From Balanoglossus misakiensis (taxonomy: Eukaryota > Animalia > Hemichordata): 64,000 nucleotides of DNA. A program made the translations under genes and the position numbers. This document shows, piece by piece, positions 51,201 to 64,000 of this stretch (position 1 is the first letter of the stretch; each line of letters starts with the position of its first letter). The notes beneath the pieces are model-generated. The model ran no database searches, was not told where the DNA came from, and saw nothing but the letters and a program-made list of their open reading frames with translations. Location of the stretch: NCBI GenBank assembly GCA_040954595.2, contig CM082579.2:10219625-10283624 (forward strand), read 5' to 3'.

Positions 51201-54200
51201 AATGCTCCACTTTATCACGACCAACTTATGGATCTATTAGCTGCTCCCACAATTACGTCTATGGTTCAATATGTTGGTATAGTTGTAATCAGGGTTATTA
51301 TCTGAGTGGTAGTCCCTTTCGGGAATGTAAGAAAAGCGGCACGTACATGTACTGGTCTGCAAGTTATGCAACATGCACGGGTAAGATTCCTCCCATTATT
51401 TGATATTACTTACTTTCTGAGTCACTCTTTCACAGCGCCATCTGTCATGCCACTGACCCCAATAAACTTATCCTCTTATTGACTGTGCGCCCGCAACGTT
51501 GGATTCTCTGCTTGCTATATAGCCAGTGAGTTAAAGTTCAGCAACGCAACGGCACCCTTGCTTCAAGTGCCTGCCTTTCTAAGCCAAACTAATGCAGACG
51601 AATTTTCAAGAGCCTCTTAGGGGTGGGTTCTAAGTCCCTGCATTTATCATTTTATTAACTTAAGGTTTCTGTTGAGGTTTGTGACAATATATTGTATACC
51701 GAAGACCATATATCAACAGAATGCTCTTTGTGTTTGTTTGTTTGTGTGGGGCGTCTTTTTGATTTACAAGAATGGATTTATTAATGTTTACTTGAATACT
51801 TATACCCGTCGACTGTGCATGAATGTGTGAACATTTTGTGAACCTTTCCAATCAATCAATTTAGAGTTACACTATATTGAATAAAAGAGACGCGCGTACC
51901 GAATAAATGTCAATTCTGGCTGCCTTAAACTGGTTTTCACTTTGTGCTTGGGGTCAAATCACATTATAATAATTGCATTCTGGGTAAAAAAAGTCGACAA
52001 GTCACTGCAGTACCAGATAGAAGTAATATGTTTACTGTATTTCATGACTTGCTTTGGTCAAAACATCTGTACCTTTGTAGTTGATATATTAAAGTCAATC
52101 AAGTTTTGACTCTTTATTTTTTTTCTGTTACAAAGTATCCGAATGACCGAATATCACTTTAGCTTATGAACTCACATTTCTTAAACATGGCAAAAATCGG
52201 CCATCTTGAAATTGTGACGACCATGAGAGATTTTTATCACTCACCTAAGTAGCAAAACCCTATTTAAGGTAGGGAGAATTAAAGGCAGGAAGTTGTCATG
52301 TGCTCACTTGATAACAAACGTTTTAAAGACAAATCATCTACCTTCATTGACTTTTCATCATTGACACTTTTAAAGACCATGGAAAGGGTAACAACATGTA
52401 AGGCTTACTTCGGAATTATGAATGAAATCTACGTATGTTAGCGAATCTCTCAAACTACTCAAGTTGTCGTTTCCACATGCTCGACTATAACATGTATCAA
52501 CCCGGGACTATTAATCAGCCCGCAGATGTCAACCCGCTTTCACGGGAATACAACGTGGTTCTGTGAGTTGCACCAATTCCAACGTACAGGGAACTGTATG
52601 TACCCATAGATGTGACAGCGGATACAGCATTTCCGGTCATGCTGCAGTCACGTGCTCCGGACCATCATACACAACAACCAGAACAACTGGCACCTGGAGT
52701 TCTCAACAGCCGTCTTGTGTTGGTAAGTACAAATTGTACATGTATGCTGTTTTTGTAACGCTACCGTCATGATCACGGGTATCATCTCACAATTGACAAG
52801 GCTCAGTTATTAGTACCGATTCAACATACTAACAGTCCGCACCTATCATGGTATGCGTCGCAAAGAGATGGAAAACTGATGAAATTGCAAGTAATATGGC
52901 TTAATGGTGAGGATTTTAGAGGATAGGGAATATATATGTAACATTTTACAGTGGAGAAAATATATGAAATTTAGCAGCTACATAGGGGTTTAATTTACAG
53001 GAGCGAGTCCGACTCTTTTGCCTATTTTCGATGAGATGGGGGTTCTGTTACTTATGAGAAAATACTAAGCAACCCTCGAGCCTCTAGGCTGGATACTGAC
53101 CATGCCAGTACCTTGTGACCTACCGCATTGATCGACGACCGAAATGACAAAGTACACGACAATATTTTTAAAGATCCGCAAAATATCCTCTTTGAATTGT
53201 TTTCTGGGCGAATCAGATTTACAAGCATTTACGGTGCAAGTGGTGTGATCGCATGTGATTAATATGTGTGTGTTAAAATGTCTTGTGAAACGACGGTACT
53301 TATAAACCATTTAGATGACTGATGTAATAGGAGTCATTTTATGGTATTTGGACTCAAGTTATTGTCTTCGCAATACGGTAAATATTTAACGCTTCGTGAT
53401 ACTAAAACATATACAAATTTCTTTCCGTTTTCAGACACCGAAAAACCCCGATTTTCCTCATGTCCAAGTCAAGTGACCGTAGAAGCAGGTTCAAGAAGTT
53501 CCAACGCCACAGCAGACTGGACAGTTCCTGAGGTTACCGATAATTCAGGAGAATCCATCACTGTAGTTCAAGATGCAGGCAGCGCCCCCAGATCACGTTT
53601 CAATGGTGGTTATACAGTGGTTATATACTCAGCCAGAGATAGCGCTGGAAACACCGCACAGTGTAGTTTCACTGTGTTTGTCAAAGGTAAACGGATTAGA
53701 GGACATGCTGTGAGAATAGGTAGAGAGGCTGAATGTAACATGACATCAAATTCGTTGCAATGGTCATAGTCATTCAAGGAAAGATAATTACCAAATCGAA
53801 GAACCCAGCAAAATGGCAATTAAAACAGGGTTGTCTTGAACCACTACTAATGTAAGAATGCATCCAATTCATTCTACGCTAATGAAGATGTCTTAAAGTG
53901 ACATATTCGACACTTGTGTAATTTGGCGAAATTCGAAATAACTGTTACAAGTCAAAATCACTAATGCCGTGTATTATCGTTTGAGTAACAGGCGTGTTTA
54001 TACTATTTGATTACAATTATTTGTCTACCATTGCCCTTCTTGAATGATAACTTTTAATCGGACATTCCCTATCTGAGAAACTTTAATTCCAAGATGATCT
54101 GCCCCACTTGAAAGTCCTCGCATGTGTCAAAAGGTCTACACTATCTCAAGAGTTGTGTTGTGAAATGTATACACCATAGCCTAGAGCTGATGGAATACTA

Positions 54201-56659
54201 TAAATTTGAAGCATGGCAAATTTTTTATTTCAAATTGGAAACGTTGCTTTTGTCATACAGTTTCGTATGCAATGTATTTTACGTATATGAACGTATTAGA
54301 AGCGCGTGACACACATCCTATTCTTTCTGAATGCCGGCAGTCACTGGGATTTCACAGTTTAATTTCCAAGGACTGCATTGTATCTCTGACGTGCACACCT
54401 CTCGTCCCCTGATATTCAAAGTATTTCACGGCTGTTTTTTGTTTCAGTTACGACTTGCCCAATCTTTCCAGCAATACCACATCTGTCGATCACGTGCGAC
54501 GTTGGGTTCATTCATGGTTCGGAATGTGTATTCCAGTGCAATGAAGGATACGACTTAATCGGAAGTAACCAAACAACATGCAGTTCACTTGGACAGTGGT
54601 CGGATGACCCACCTATATGTCAGGGTAAAGTGTTCAAACATCAAGGCTTGAATGCTAACAAATTCTAAATGTCAACATAGTCTCTAATATGTATTGTTGG
54701 CTGTTTCTTAGCTGGGCTTAAATCCCTACAAACACTGACTGAACACACAGCTGTAACTTTTGACTTTATTTCCAGTATTTACTATTCTGTACATGAAATG
54801 CACTTTCTTGCTCCACTATTAGACATTCAAACATATTTCGGTATATCACATTGAAATCATGATTTTTCACACCAACAAACACAACACGACCAAAAGCACA
54901 GACATGTTTTTTAAACGCTTGCTGAATTGTTGCATTTCATTGCTTTCCAAATAAGAGACTAAGAGTTTCGATTGTTTCCCAACAGCTGTGGAATGTCCAG
55001 TGTTACCGCCACCAATCAATGGACAGTTTATTGATGGTGTTGAGTGTGGTCATCATTACCCTGACAAGTGTTACTTTGAATGCAACGTTGGGTACGAACT
55101 GATAGGAAACATTGCGGTGTTTTGTACAGCGAACAGAACTTGGGATGCCGGTACACCTATATGCCAAAGTAAGAATTGTGTTATAAAATTTTAGTAGACA
55201 TAAGTCACTTTATTCAGTTGAACTGATGTATTCTTTAGTCAATGCCTTGGCTGAGAATTGTGCAATCTCTCATATTTCAGTAAAAACCTGTGCAAGACCG
55301 GCGACAAATACAAGCACTATAATTACAAACACTACCGACTGTCAGATTGATAGAGAGGCTTTGCCTTACAACAGTACATGCGGATTAAGTTGTGGCGAGG
55401 GTTATTACCTCGAAGGACCAAGTTCTGTTTCCTGTGGACCTGATACTGAGTGGTTGCCTTCACTACCATCCTGTAAAGGTAAGTAACATCACTTATAGAT
55501 ACATCTCATGAAAACAATTTTACAGAGAGTGTCGAGTGCCAAACAGTTAACACGAAAAATAATGTAATTTGCAGATTTACTTGACAAGGATGGGTAAAAT
55601 CAAATACGCTCACTGGATTTTTGGTATTTCCCATGAACAAACCCATTCGAAGGCAATGTATTTTTAGGAATTGCTATTCCATATGATTTATTATTTGGGA
55701 TGGTGTTCTTTTATGGCTTCACATGTGTGGTGGTTTTGCCATGGTGCGTGATTGTTATAGGGTTGACTTGTATGTCTGACAAGCGATGTATGGAGGGGTT
55801 TCCCCATCTTGCCCTTGGTGAGTTCTACGCCAATCAGAAGTGCGTTCTGGGTCACGTGTTTAATCTGTCTACCACGTGTTTTTGGGGAGAATAGGCATTG
55901 ATCAGTTGAAGGAGGAACCCCAAGCTCGGTGTGGGCCGATATCTTCGTCAAGACGCATGCCTTCCGGCGAGTTCTGACTGCCGTGTGTAGAGACAGCGTC
56001 GTTTGTGAGAAGTTCGTGCCGGTCCTTCTGCATGTTACCAGTTTTTAGAGGTTGGTCGTTCGGGGTTCTGTCACAGTATAAAGGATTGACTAGCTGGAAT
56101 GTGTAGCTCACAACCTTCATTTTCAGTCTCCCTATGTAATATTATTGCGCCTCCAGATATCACTTGTGAGAGCGATAATCTGCCCGCCCCAGCCAATGGT
56201 GTGAAGAGCTGTATTGGCACCAAGATCTACGGGGACACTTGTCAACTTTCCTGTAACTATGGCTACTTACCAAACACACCAACGCTAAGGACGTGTACTG
56301 ATAATGGCGATGGTATTGGTATTGGTATCTGGGACAATGGAACAATAACATGTGACAGTAAGAATATTTGTTGAATATTCTGATGACTTGCACTTTGTTG
56401 TCAGAAAAGTTTGTTTGAAAATAGTTCTCTATGTTAATAACATAAAATTCGGCTTCGCCAAGTTATGGCCAAGAATGATGTGGTTAATATACTTGAAACT
56501 GACATGAAGCACTATATGCTACGATCATCTATATGTACATAAACTCATCCACCCAGCATGCACACATACGTACGTACGTACGTACATACATACATACATA
56601 CATACATACATACATACATACATACATACATACATACATACATACATACATACATACTG

Positions 56660-56690
<31 letters not shown>

Positions 56691-59600
56691 CATACATACA
56701 TACATACATACATACATACATACATACATACATACATACATACATACATACATACATACATACATACATACATACATACATACATACATACATACATACA
56801 TACATACATACATACATACATACATACATACATACATACATACATACATACATACATACATACATACATACATACATACATACATACATACATACATACA
56901 TACATACATACATACATACATACATACATACATACATACATACATACATACATACATACATACATACATACATACATACATACATACATACATACATACA
57001 TACATACATACAATGGCTGATGACCTATATGTTTATTTCTGTTTGTTCTAAACATTGCAGTTGTGAAATGCGAGTCTCTTCCAGCCCCACTGCATGGTGA
57101 AGTTATGAACTGCACTTATGAAGGACAGAGCGTTGATATCGAAGAAAGACAGAAATTTGAGAGTGTCTGCGTAACAGAGTGTAATATAGGCTACACAGGA
57201 AACGGTACATACAGTCGATCGTGCCTAGCGTCTGGACAGTGGGATGGCTCTCCATTGGTGTGTTCAGGTATGGCAACGAAAGTATCAGGAGGTTATAGCT
57301 AAATCACAATTTAAGGAACAATTCAGACAACTTAAAATCAGGGAATGCAACAATAATGCATAAAGAACTTATCAAAAGTGTCCATGTATCAATAACGCCG
57401 TCCATATGTAATGTGTTACATTTCTTCTTGTGAATTTTCACTAGATATTACACCACCAGAGCTAACGTGTCCTGGTGATAGGTCTTACATCACAAGTTTT
57501 AGGCAGATAACCCTAATTCAACCATGGGCTGACTGGGAACCTGTTATGGTAAGATTCACATTAGGCCTATATTGGTTCGATCGCCATTTGAACATCCATG
57601 CAAGTATTAGTTTAGCAGACTTGTTTGTCATGTTCTTACACATGCCGAAGACCTGATGTCATTACACTGGTGATATGTACATGTTTGTATTCTAAAGGTT
57701 CATTGGATTGTGTTTTTTTAACTTCAGGCCACTGACGCTGGTGCGCAGTTTCCTGCAGAGATTGTTCAAATAAACGGTGTGCCACTTAACGGAAGTAAAC
57801 CATCACAATTTTCAGAGGGTACCCACACCTTGACATACGAAGCCCAGGATGGGGTTGGTCTTTCTACAATGTGCAGCTTCCGACTTACGGTCCGTGGTGA
57901 GTAGAGCTTCATATCGTTTACAGGAGTGTACTTAAAGAATGTGGTTGTTGGATGTTTAGTATACCTAGATGTATAATGTGTAAGATCTTGTGGCACATTA
58001 CGAAAGTCATCGGTAGACTTGAACTCGCCCGTGATATTATGCAGTAAATATGTCGATGAGAAAAATGTATACATACATGTACACCGTGTGTCTTATTCGC
58101 ATATTCAGTAGAAGTCAGTATTAACCACATCTAATACATTTGTTCCGAATTAGACCTGAAAACGTTGGTTGACTGACGGACACACACACATATTCACATG
58201 TTAGTGTGACATAAACTCCCGTTTGTGAAGAACACACATAAGCAAATATAATCCGGTGCCCATGAAGTTAACTGTACATAAAAGTTAATGCAATTTTAAT
58301 AAACTATTGCACTGGGAATTCTTCAGATCTTGCTATTGATCGCCAAATTTACATTTGATTTGTTCAACAGTAACCAAATGTAATGGTTTAGTACCCCCAT
58401 CAAACGGGTATTTGGAGTTATCCAGTGGTCAGGGGTCTTGTGACAGCAGTGTTGCGTATGGAACACAGTGTGAAGCCAGGTGTGACGTGGGACATTATCT
58501 TTCCAGCAACCAATCAACTATGTCGTGCACTCGTGACAGTAACACGACATTAGTTGGATCGTGGATTGGAACGATGCCAGAATGCATCCGTAAGTATAAC
58601 TGCATGACTTTACGTGCTCTTAAGCTATATGAGCGAATCTTATTAATTATTCTATTTCCATTGATTTTCCTTGTGAAATGTTTTCATCCTATAATGGTGC
58701 ATATTTGGGATTTTTCTCAGCGGTCACGTGTGTACTTCCAAGTGTTACCAATGGTTACATTGTTGGTTGTGACATTGAAGTAGAATATTCAACTCCTTGT
58801 CAATTCAAATGTAATCTGGGATTTGCAACTCCAAATGGTGACATTGATTCGACAAGGCCATGCCAAGCTGACGAAACATTCGGTGACTTCAATTGCTCTG
58901 GTAAGTACAACTTACCTTTTCGTAAGCTAGCACTCAGGTCACACACACATGTATATCTGATGATACATTTAGCAGTTAGCTTGTGTGTCGGTCGTTGCGA
59001 TTATTACCAGATTTCAAATCACAAAGACGGAAAGTAAAATAGTGGCTATACATTCGTGTGTGTAAGTTAGGTAATGATAGTACGCCATTTTAACATAAAA
59101 TTACAGGGATATTGATGATATTGATAAGTGGTATTGATCCATCTCATCTAATATGAAATATCTAGCACGCCTTCGGAGTGATATTTTGAGCCTATAATTG
59201 TATATAATTCTTTGATCATTTTCCAGTTGATGTGACTTGCCCCGGCCCACTTACTCTTGCAAATGGTGAAGTTAGTCCAGTTGGGTGTAATCTGACGGCA
59301 ATACCTTACGACACATTATGCTATCTGACGTGTAACTCAGGCTTTGAACAATCCGGGGCGTTTAACAGACACTGCACAGAAACAGGAGTATGGCATGATC
59401 AAACCGATACCCTTTGCACAGGTAACATACATTTTTTTGTAATTAAATTATTACTCTGCGATAATCGTACATAATCGTAGATGCAAGTGTCTTAAAATGC
59501 AGCCAAGAATGGAAATACAAGTCGCAAAAGAAATAACATTGATCCGATCTAAAACCATTAATAAGTCACTGTAGATTGGGTTTTACATTATTGTCTTATT

Positions 59601-61397
59601 TACCGCCATACTGGATCTTTGCAGATGTCGAATCGCCATCATTCAATACCACATGTCCTGCGTATGTAACCACAGAGGCAGATTTAGGCACAACGTCAGC
59701 TTCAGTCGTATTTGATGAACCGACGGCTACAGACAATTCTGGCAGTGTAACTGTTCGTCGGTAAGTCTTGTGATATCCGCCTACTAATGTGCTTCATCAC
59801 TATATCAACCTATGTACTTCACAAGCAGATATACTCATGAGCGGGTCAAAGTTCACAACTTTTCGACAAAATGATCGCATTCCCACCTTAAATCTCAAAG
59901 AGATGTAGATATTTTCTTGAAAATGTGACGGACCAATGTGTTTAACATTTGGTTCAGTGTTTTCCAGTTGACAGTGCACATTGTACAGTGAAACAGGCAA
60001 ATGAAAATAATAAATATCAAAACGTAGTCTCAAGATATTTGTTTCTTATTTATGGTCCCGCCAAATAACAGAACCGTTCTTGATGTCATGCCCATAAGAA
60101 AATTGTAGAAATTACTCGTAATTATGACGTCACACCCGCCGCTATCTTATCAAATCTAAATCTTTACATGCAGAAGTGACAGACCAAATTATATGACATT
60201 TGGTGCAGTGGTTTTATGTTTAATGTTAATGCTATCTATGGCAAATGACATACAGCGTAAGGCGCATGCACAGTAACCACACATAAGTTCGCTGGACTAT
60301 TTCTGTCCAAAGGATTAAAACCTTGATGTACTTTGTTGACAGCTTTGGATGAACTTGTTTTCTTTGCAGACAAGTGGGCCACAAGGGTCCAGGTGATGTA
60401 TTTGGAGAAGGTCAGACAACGGTAACATACATAGCCACAGATGCCACCGGTAACTTTGCCCAGTGTAATATCATCGTCACAGTGGAAGGTAAACCTGACA
60501 GATCATGGTGGTGCTGATAAAACATCCTTTGAAATCGGTTTCGTGATAATTTACATAGCAAAAAAAGAAACAGTTTTGAGTTATTGGTTTTCGGGTAGTG
60601 TTTCATTCATTCATTCGTTGAACTGAATTAGCTACAGAGAGTGTACATACATGATATGGGTGACGTGTGTTTGATCAATATCGAATGAATTGATAATTAA
60701 ACAATGAATACAGTGACTACCATTTTATTTGTCAACAGTGCACCGATGTCCCGTATTGCAAACCCCAACTGGTGGACAATTACTGTGCAGTGATAGAGCC
60801 TTAGGTCAGAACTGTTCATTTTCTTGCCGTGAGGGATACAATCTTATAGGCTCATCACAAAGAACGTGTTTGAGAAATGACACGACGGGACAAACGTATT
60901 GGGATGGAGTGTCTGCCACATGTGAAAGTGAGTATGTTCGTCGAGTTTAATTCAGTCTTGATATACGTGACGTGTTTTCTTGGGTGTAAGGAGATCCAAT
61001 TCACTAATGAGTTCTAAACTCGAGCAACATCACATCGTATGCAATTATTTATGTATTGAAGCATTACTTTGAAATGTATGGAAAGCATGTGTTATCTTGT
61101 GAAGTGTTATTGAACTGTAAAATTGATTGTTTTAAAGGCTCAGTATTAAGCTTATAGAAACATTTATGCGACTTTGACATTTTATTCCCGATTCGTCACT
61201 TTTAGTCGTCACTTGCGAAGCTTTAGCTACACCAATAAACGGTGTAAAGTCTGGATGCCTGAATGAACCACCGTCTCTAGAAAACTACGGTACCATCTGT
61301 ACCATGTACTGTAACCATGGATACCAAGCTGTTGGAGAATCTCAAAGTCGTTGTCAGGCCGATGGAAAATGGTCATTCAATAATTTTACCTGCACAG
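43407..61397 (+). CDS. Large secreted or cell-surface HYR + Sushi/CCP repeat protein (SVEP1/hyalin/SRPX-like modules), 3' incomplete
   Basis: GT-AG exons read by hand, all in frame: 43407-43470 (signal peptide MNTKLLVALFLLCLIVGTLAC), 49283-49321 (Pro/Thr linker), 49600-49720+50882-51012 (HYR1), 51195-51380, 52519-52722 (Sushi), 53435-53686 (HYR2), 54448-54624, 54986-55168, 55281-55478, 56157-56357, 57061-57267 (Sushi), 57445-57548+57728-57896 (HYR3), 58371-58589, 58721-58900, 59227-59421 (Sushi), 59625-59760+60370-60488 (HYR4), 60739-60927, 61206-61397 (Sushi). About 1155 codons with no stop reached. Linkage of the first two exons is less certain than the rest. Confidence 0.9.
44787..45404 (-). 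mobile_element. Crypton-type tyrosine recombinase C-terminal fragment (5'-truncated)
   Basis: MGINKL...NHSARK...SGHKNVSSLNRY holds the HxxR, H and Y catalytic residues of tyrosine recombinases in the DUF3504/Crypton pattern, followed by a Ser/Thr/Asn-rich tail, FGGTFNF and a basic PKRRR motif. No N-terminal part is recovered after removing the adjacent MITE. Confidence 0.85.
45418..46065. mobile_element. Foldback MITE, 648 bp, with 8-bp TSD (hAT- or P-like)
   Basis: Near-perfect inverted arms of about 300 bp (CACAGGAAGCTGTGATATT...AATATCACAGCTACCTGTG) flanked by the direct repeat GATTGTGT at 45410-45417 and 46066-46073. Confidence 0.9.
46100..47468. mobile_element. Hairpin-plus-IR element(s) enclosing the 46877-47180 element
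   Basis: IR pair TTATTATACACCT (46200) / AGGTGTATAATAA (47314-47326), a clear palindrome at 47327-47468 and a degenerate one at about 46100-46197. Confidence 0.55.
46877..47180. mobile_element. Hairpin-plus-IR element (putative non-autonomous Crypton)
   Basis: Palindrome 46877-47062 centred on CCCGAGGGCATAGCCCGAGG, then IR pair TTATAACACACCA (47064) / TGGTGTGTTATAA (ends 47180). Confidence 0.65.
48193..48291. repeat. (CT)n microsatellite and pyrimidine tract
   Basis: Direct reading. Confidence 0.95.
55690..56125 (-). pseudogene. Possible decayed LINE apurinic-endonuclease fragment in an intron
   Basis: Higher-GC island; across frames reads KDR...LINAYSP...LLIG...RWG, in the order of APE-domain motifs, with stops and frameshifts. 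Confidence 0.3.
56565..57012. repeat. (TACA)n microsatellite, about 450 bp, intronic
   Basis: Direct reading; one interruption near 56658 and TACG variants at the start. Confidence 0.97.
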
Positions 61398-61477
61398 GTA
61401 AAACAATTTAAGATATTTGCTATTATTATAAATGTGTTAGAAGATGACAATTTGTTTATTGCGAGACAAATATGATA

Positions 61478-61481
61478 GTGG

Positions 61482-61575
<94 letters not shown>

Positions 61576-61625
61576 AGTAGTGGTGATGGTGGTGGTGGTG
61601 GTGGTATTGCTGATGATGCTGATGA
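61478..61625. repeat. Compound (GTT)n(GAT)n(GGT)n microsatellite
   Basis: Direct reading. Confidence 0.95.
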
Positions 61626-61651
61626 CCTCGGTGGGGGTGGTGCAAGTTGTA

Positions 61652-62420
61652 CACTGCAAATTCTTCTGGCTTTCCTGCAAGCTAAATTCAAGCCAAATTC
61701 AAACCGGCTTGTTTGTCGCAAATTGGCTTCTTTCGTTTCTTCAAATTTGGCTTGATTTTGGCTTGAATTTAGCTTGCTGAGTTGCCGCTTTATATAACTT
61801 ACCGGCTTGCTGATAGACCACAGCAAGTTTAATGAGTGGTGTGTTGGCCAACCATAGTAATGAAATATGGTTTGCTGGCATGCCATTCTATTCAGCAAAT
61901 GAGCTTGAAGACACACCGATTCATTATCCAGTGGTTTGTCAACAAACCATCACAAATCTAAGGGGTTTGTATATAAACCAATGAATATATTATGATGGCT
62001 TGCATGTAAGCCACTTTCTAAAACAATGGCTTGCCAACAAACCGTCGAATAATACAAGGGGGTTGTAAGTAAACCCTTAAAATTTACATTGGCTTGTCTG
62101 AAAGCCAACTTCTACTTAAAACTGGTGTGCTAGCAAACCAAACATGAATCACTTCAGTTTGCCAGCAAACCAAAAATTAGCATTTCCTGGTTTGCTGACA
62201 AACTGAGAATGCTTGAGCAGTGGTTTAAAAATCAGCCACTCTGCTTGGGCTTTGGCATGTATACAAACCATTCTTACACAGAATGCAGTTTGTAAGCAAG
62301 CCAAAAATTTGAATTGCATGTTTTGCTTCTGTTTACCTAAACGCTATAGTTATAAATTTGGGCCATTTTTAGCATTTTTGCTCTTTCAAGTGACTGCAGT
62401 TTCTTGTTCAACTCACCAAA
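61652..62420 (+). mobile_element. Possible CACTA/EnSpm-like terminal region
   Basis: Begins CACTGCAAA and continues with dozens of short direct and inverted TGGTTTG/TGGCTTG/CAAACCA/CAAGCCA motifs; the other end was not identified. Confidence 0.4.
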
Positions 62421-63300
62421 GCATGATGCAATGCCATTTACTAGATTCTATACACTGCCATAATTGTACATCAGCAATTGTCAAAAAACATAATTTTAGT
62501 CCAGACCTTAACTCATTTGCAAAGGCCAAAGTTGAGATCCCGAACCTGGGCAGTTAATCATGCTTTAAGGAGTAGAACAGAAATAAGGAGTCGATACACT
62601 GAACAAAAATACATAAAAAATAGCCCAAAGTTAGTTACTATGCCCTTAAATAACTTGGTCTTGAAGCATAACATGTGTCATAATGTGCAGCATCTTAGTA
62701 CTCCACAGTCAATGGTATGTTAACCTGTCAAAAAAGCACACCGAGAAAGATCTTTTTTTGGTCAATCATTATTATTGTAATGACAATGTAAGAAAATAGG
62801 AACAACGGTAAATACATGGTATTATGTAAATCAAATGAATTAACCCCATAAATGATAGAAAATATATACAATAAAACTTTTATCTCATTTTCCGTTCAAG
62901 TGGTTAGGGAAAATCATTTCAATCCATCAAAAATGCCTCATTTTTTGAATCTACTGTTTGTCAAAACTGACATGAATACAGATTTCAAAGTCACCATTAA
63001 GTGTGGAAAAGTACTTTTAAATCCTCCTTTATATGCATTTGAGTATTGGAGTCATGGCAGTAGCCTTGAGTATCTTCTTCCTTACTATGAAACTTCGTCT
63101 TCTTTCAATGGGAAACACTCTCAAATAGTGAAAAAAAAAGAAAACAATCTTGTTAGAAATTAACATGAGTGTATATTAGAAACAATTTCCAGCATGAAAA
63201 CAACACATAACACATATGTACACAAGAAAATATGACAATGACTCGTATGAGACATACTCACCAAAAGAAGATGTCTCTCTATTTATCAATGGGGAATGAC

Positions 63301-64000
63301 CATGAGACTGACACACATACCACAAAACACTACGATATGGTGCCATCCTAATGTTATAGGCAGCAACCATATAAGAACATGAGACTGACCGATACAACAC
63401 TACGATATGGTGCCATCCTAATGTTATAGGCAGCAACCATATGAGAAGATGAGACTGACCGATACAACACTACGATATGGTGCCATCCTACTGTTATAGG
63501 CAGCAACCATATGAGAACATGAGACTGACCGATACAACACTACGATATGGTGCCATCCTAATGTTATAGGCAGCAACCATATGAGAACATGAGACTGACC
63601 GATACAACACTACGATATGGTGCCATCCTAATGTTATAGGCAGCAACCATATGAGAACATGAGACTGACCGATACAACACTACGATATGGTGCCATCCTA
63701 CTGTTATAGGCAGCAACCATATGAGAACATGAGACTGACCGATACAACACTACGATATGGTGCCATCCTACTGTTATAGGCAGCAACCATATGAGAACAT
63801 GAGACTGACCGATACAACACTACGATATGGTGCCATCCTACTGTTATAGGCAGCAACCATATGAGAACATGAGACTGACCGATACAACACTACGATATGG
63901 TGCCATCCTACTGTTATAGGCAGCAACCATATGAGAACATGAGACTGACCGATACAACACTACGATATGGTGCCATCCTAATGTTATAGGCAGCAACCAT
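63301..64000. repeat. 70-bp minisatellite, about 10 copies, runs off the window
   Basis: Unit CATGAGACTGACCGATACAACACTACGATATGGTGCCATCCTA(A/C)TGTTATAGGCAGCAACCATATGAGAA. Confidence 0.95.

Noticed and set aside
56529-57051. MYVC/YIHT-repeat ORFs
   Set aside because: Translations of the intronic (TACA)n tract.
61437-61916. Poly-D/M/H/S ORFs
   Set aside because: Trinucleotide microsatellite downstream of the 61397 splice donor.
63301-64000. CRISPR-like array
   Set aside because: Units are contiguous and nearly identical with no unique spacers, there are no cas genes, and the context is eukaryotic.

Overview
Eukaryotic, intron-rich, AT-rich animal genomic DNA. The repeat and gene content suggests a marine invertebrate, possibly a deuterostome; this is an inference. 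Three zones. (1) About 1-27.3 kb has no intact gene. It is a decayed tandem array of a 2-4 kb unit, including one near-perfect 2093-bp tandem duplication, and carries many non-autonomous transposons (Helentron/HINE, Kolobok-like TTAA, MULE-like, Harbinger-like, Tc1/mariner-like, Penelope relic). Empty sites in sister copies confirm several insertion boundaries. (2) 30.5-37 kb holds a head-to-head inverted pair of two-exon, membrane-anchored type-B carboxylesterase paralogs. Both have intact triads and diverge mainly around the active site (GESAG vs GRSAG). A decayed 5S rDNA orphon follows. (3) From 43.4 kb to the window end is a 21-exon (so far) HYR/Sushi-repeat gene with a signal peptide. It has a TATA/Inr promoter and a duplicated upstream region with kappaB and CRE motifs. 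Its first intron contains a Crypton-type tyrosine recombinase fragment, a foldback MITE and hairpin elements whose junctions resemble dif/loxP-type sites (ATAA-5/6 bp-TTAT). A 70-bp minisatellite ends the window. All coordinates were read by eye.
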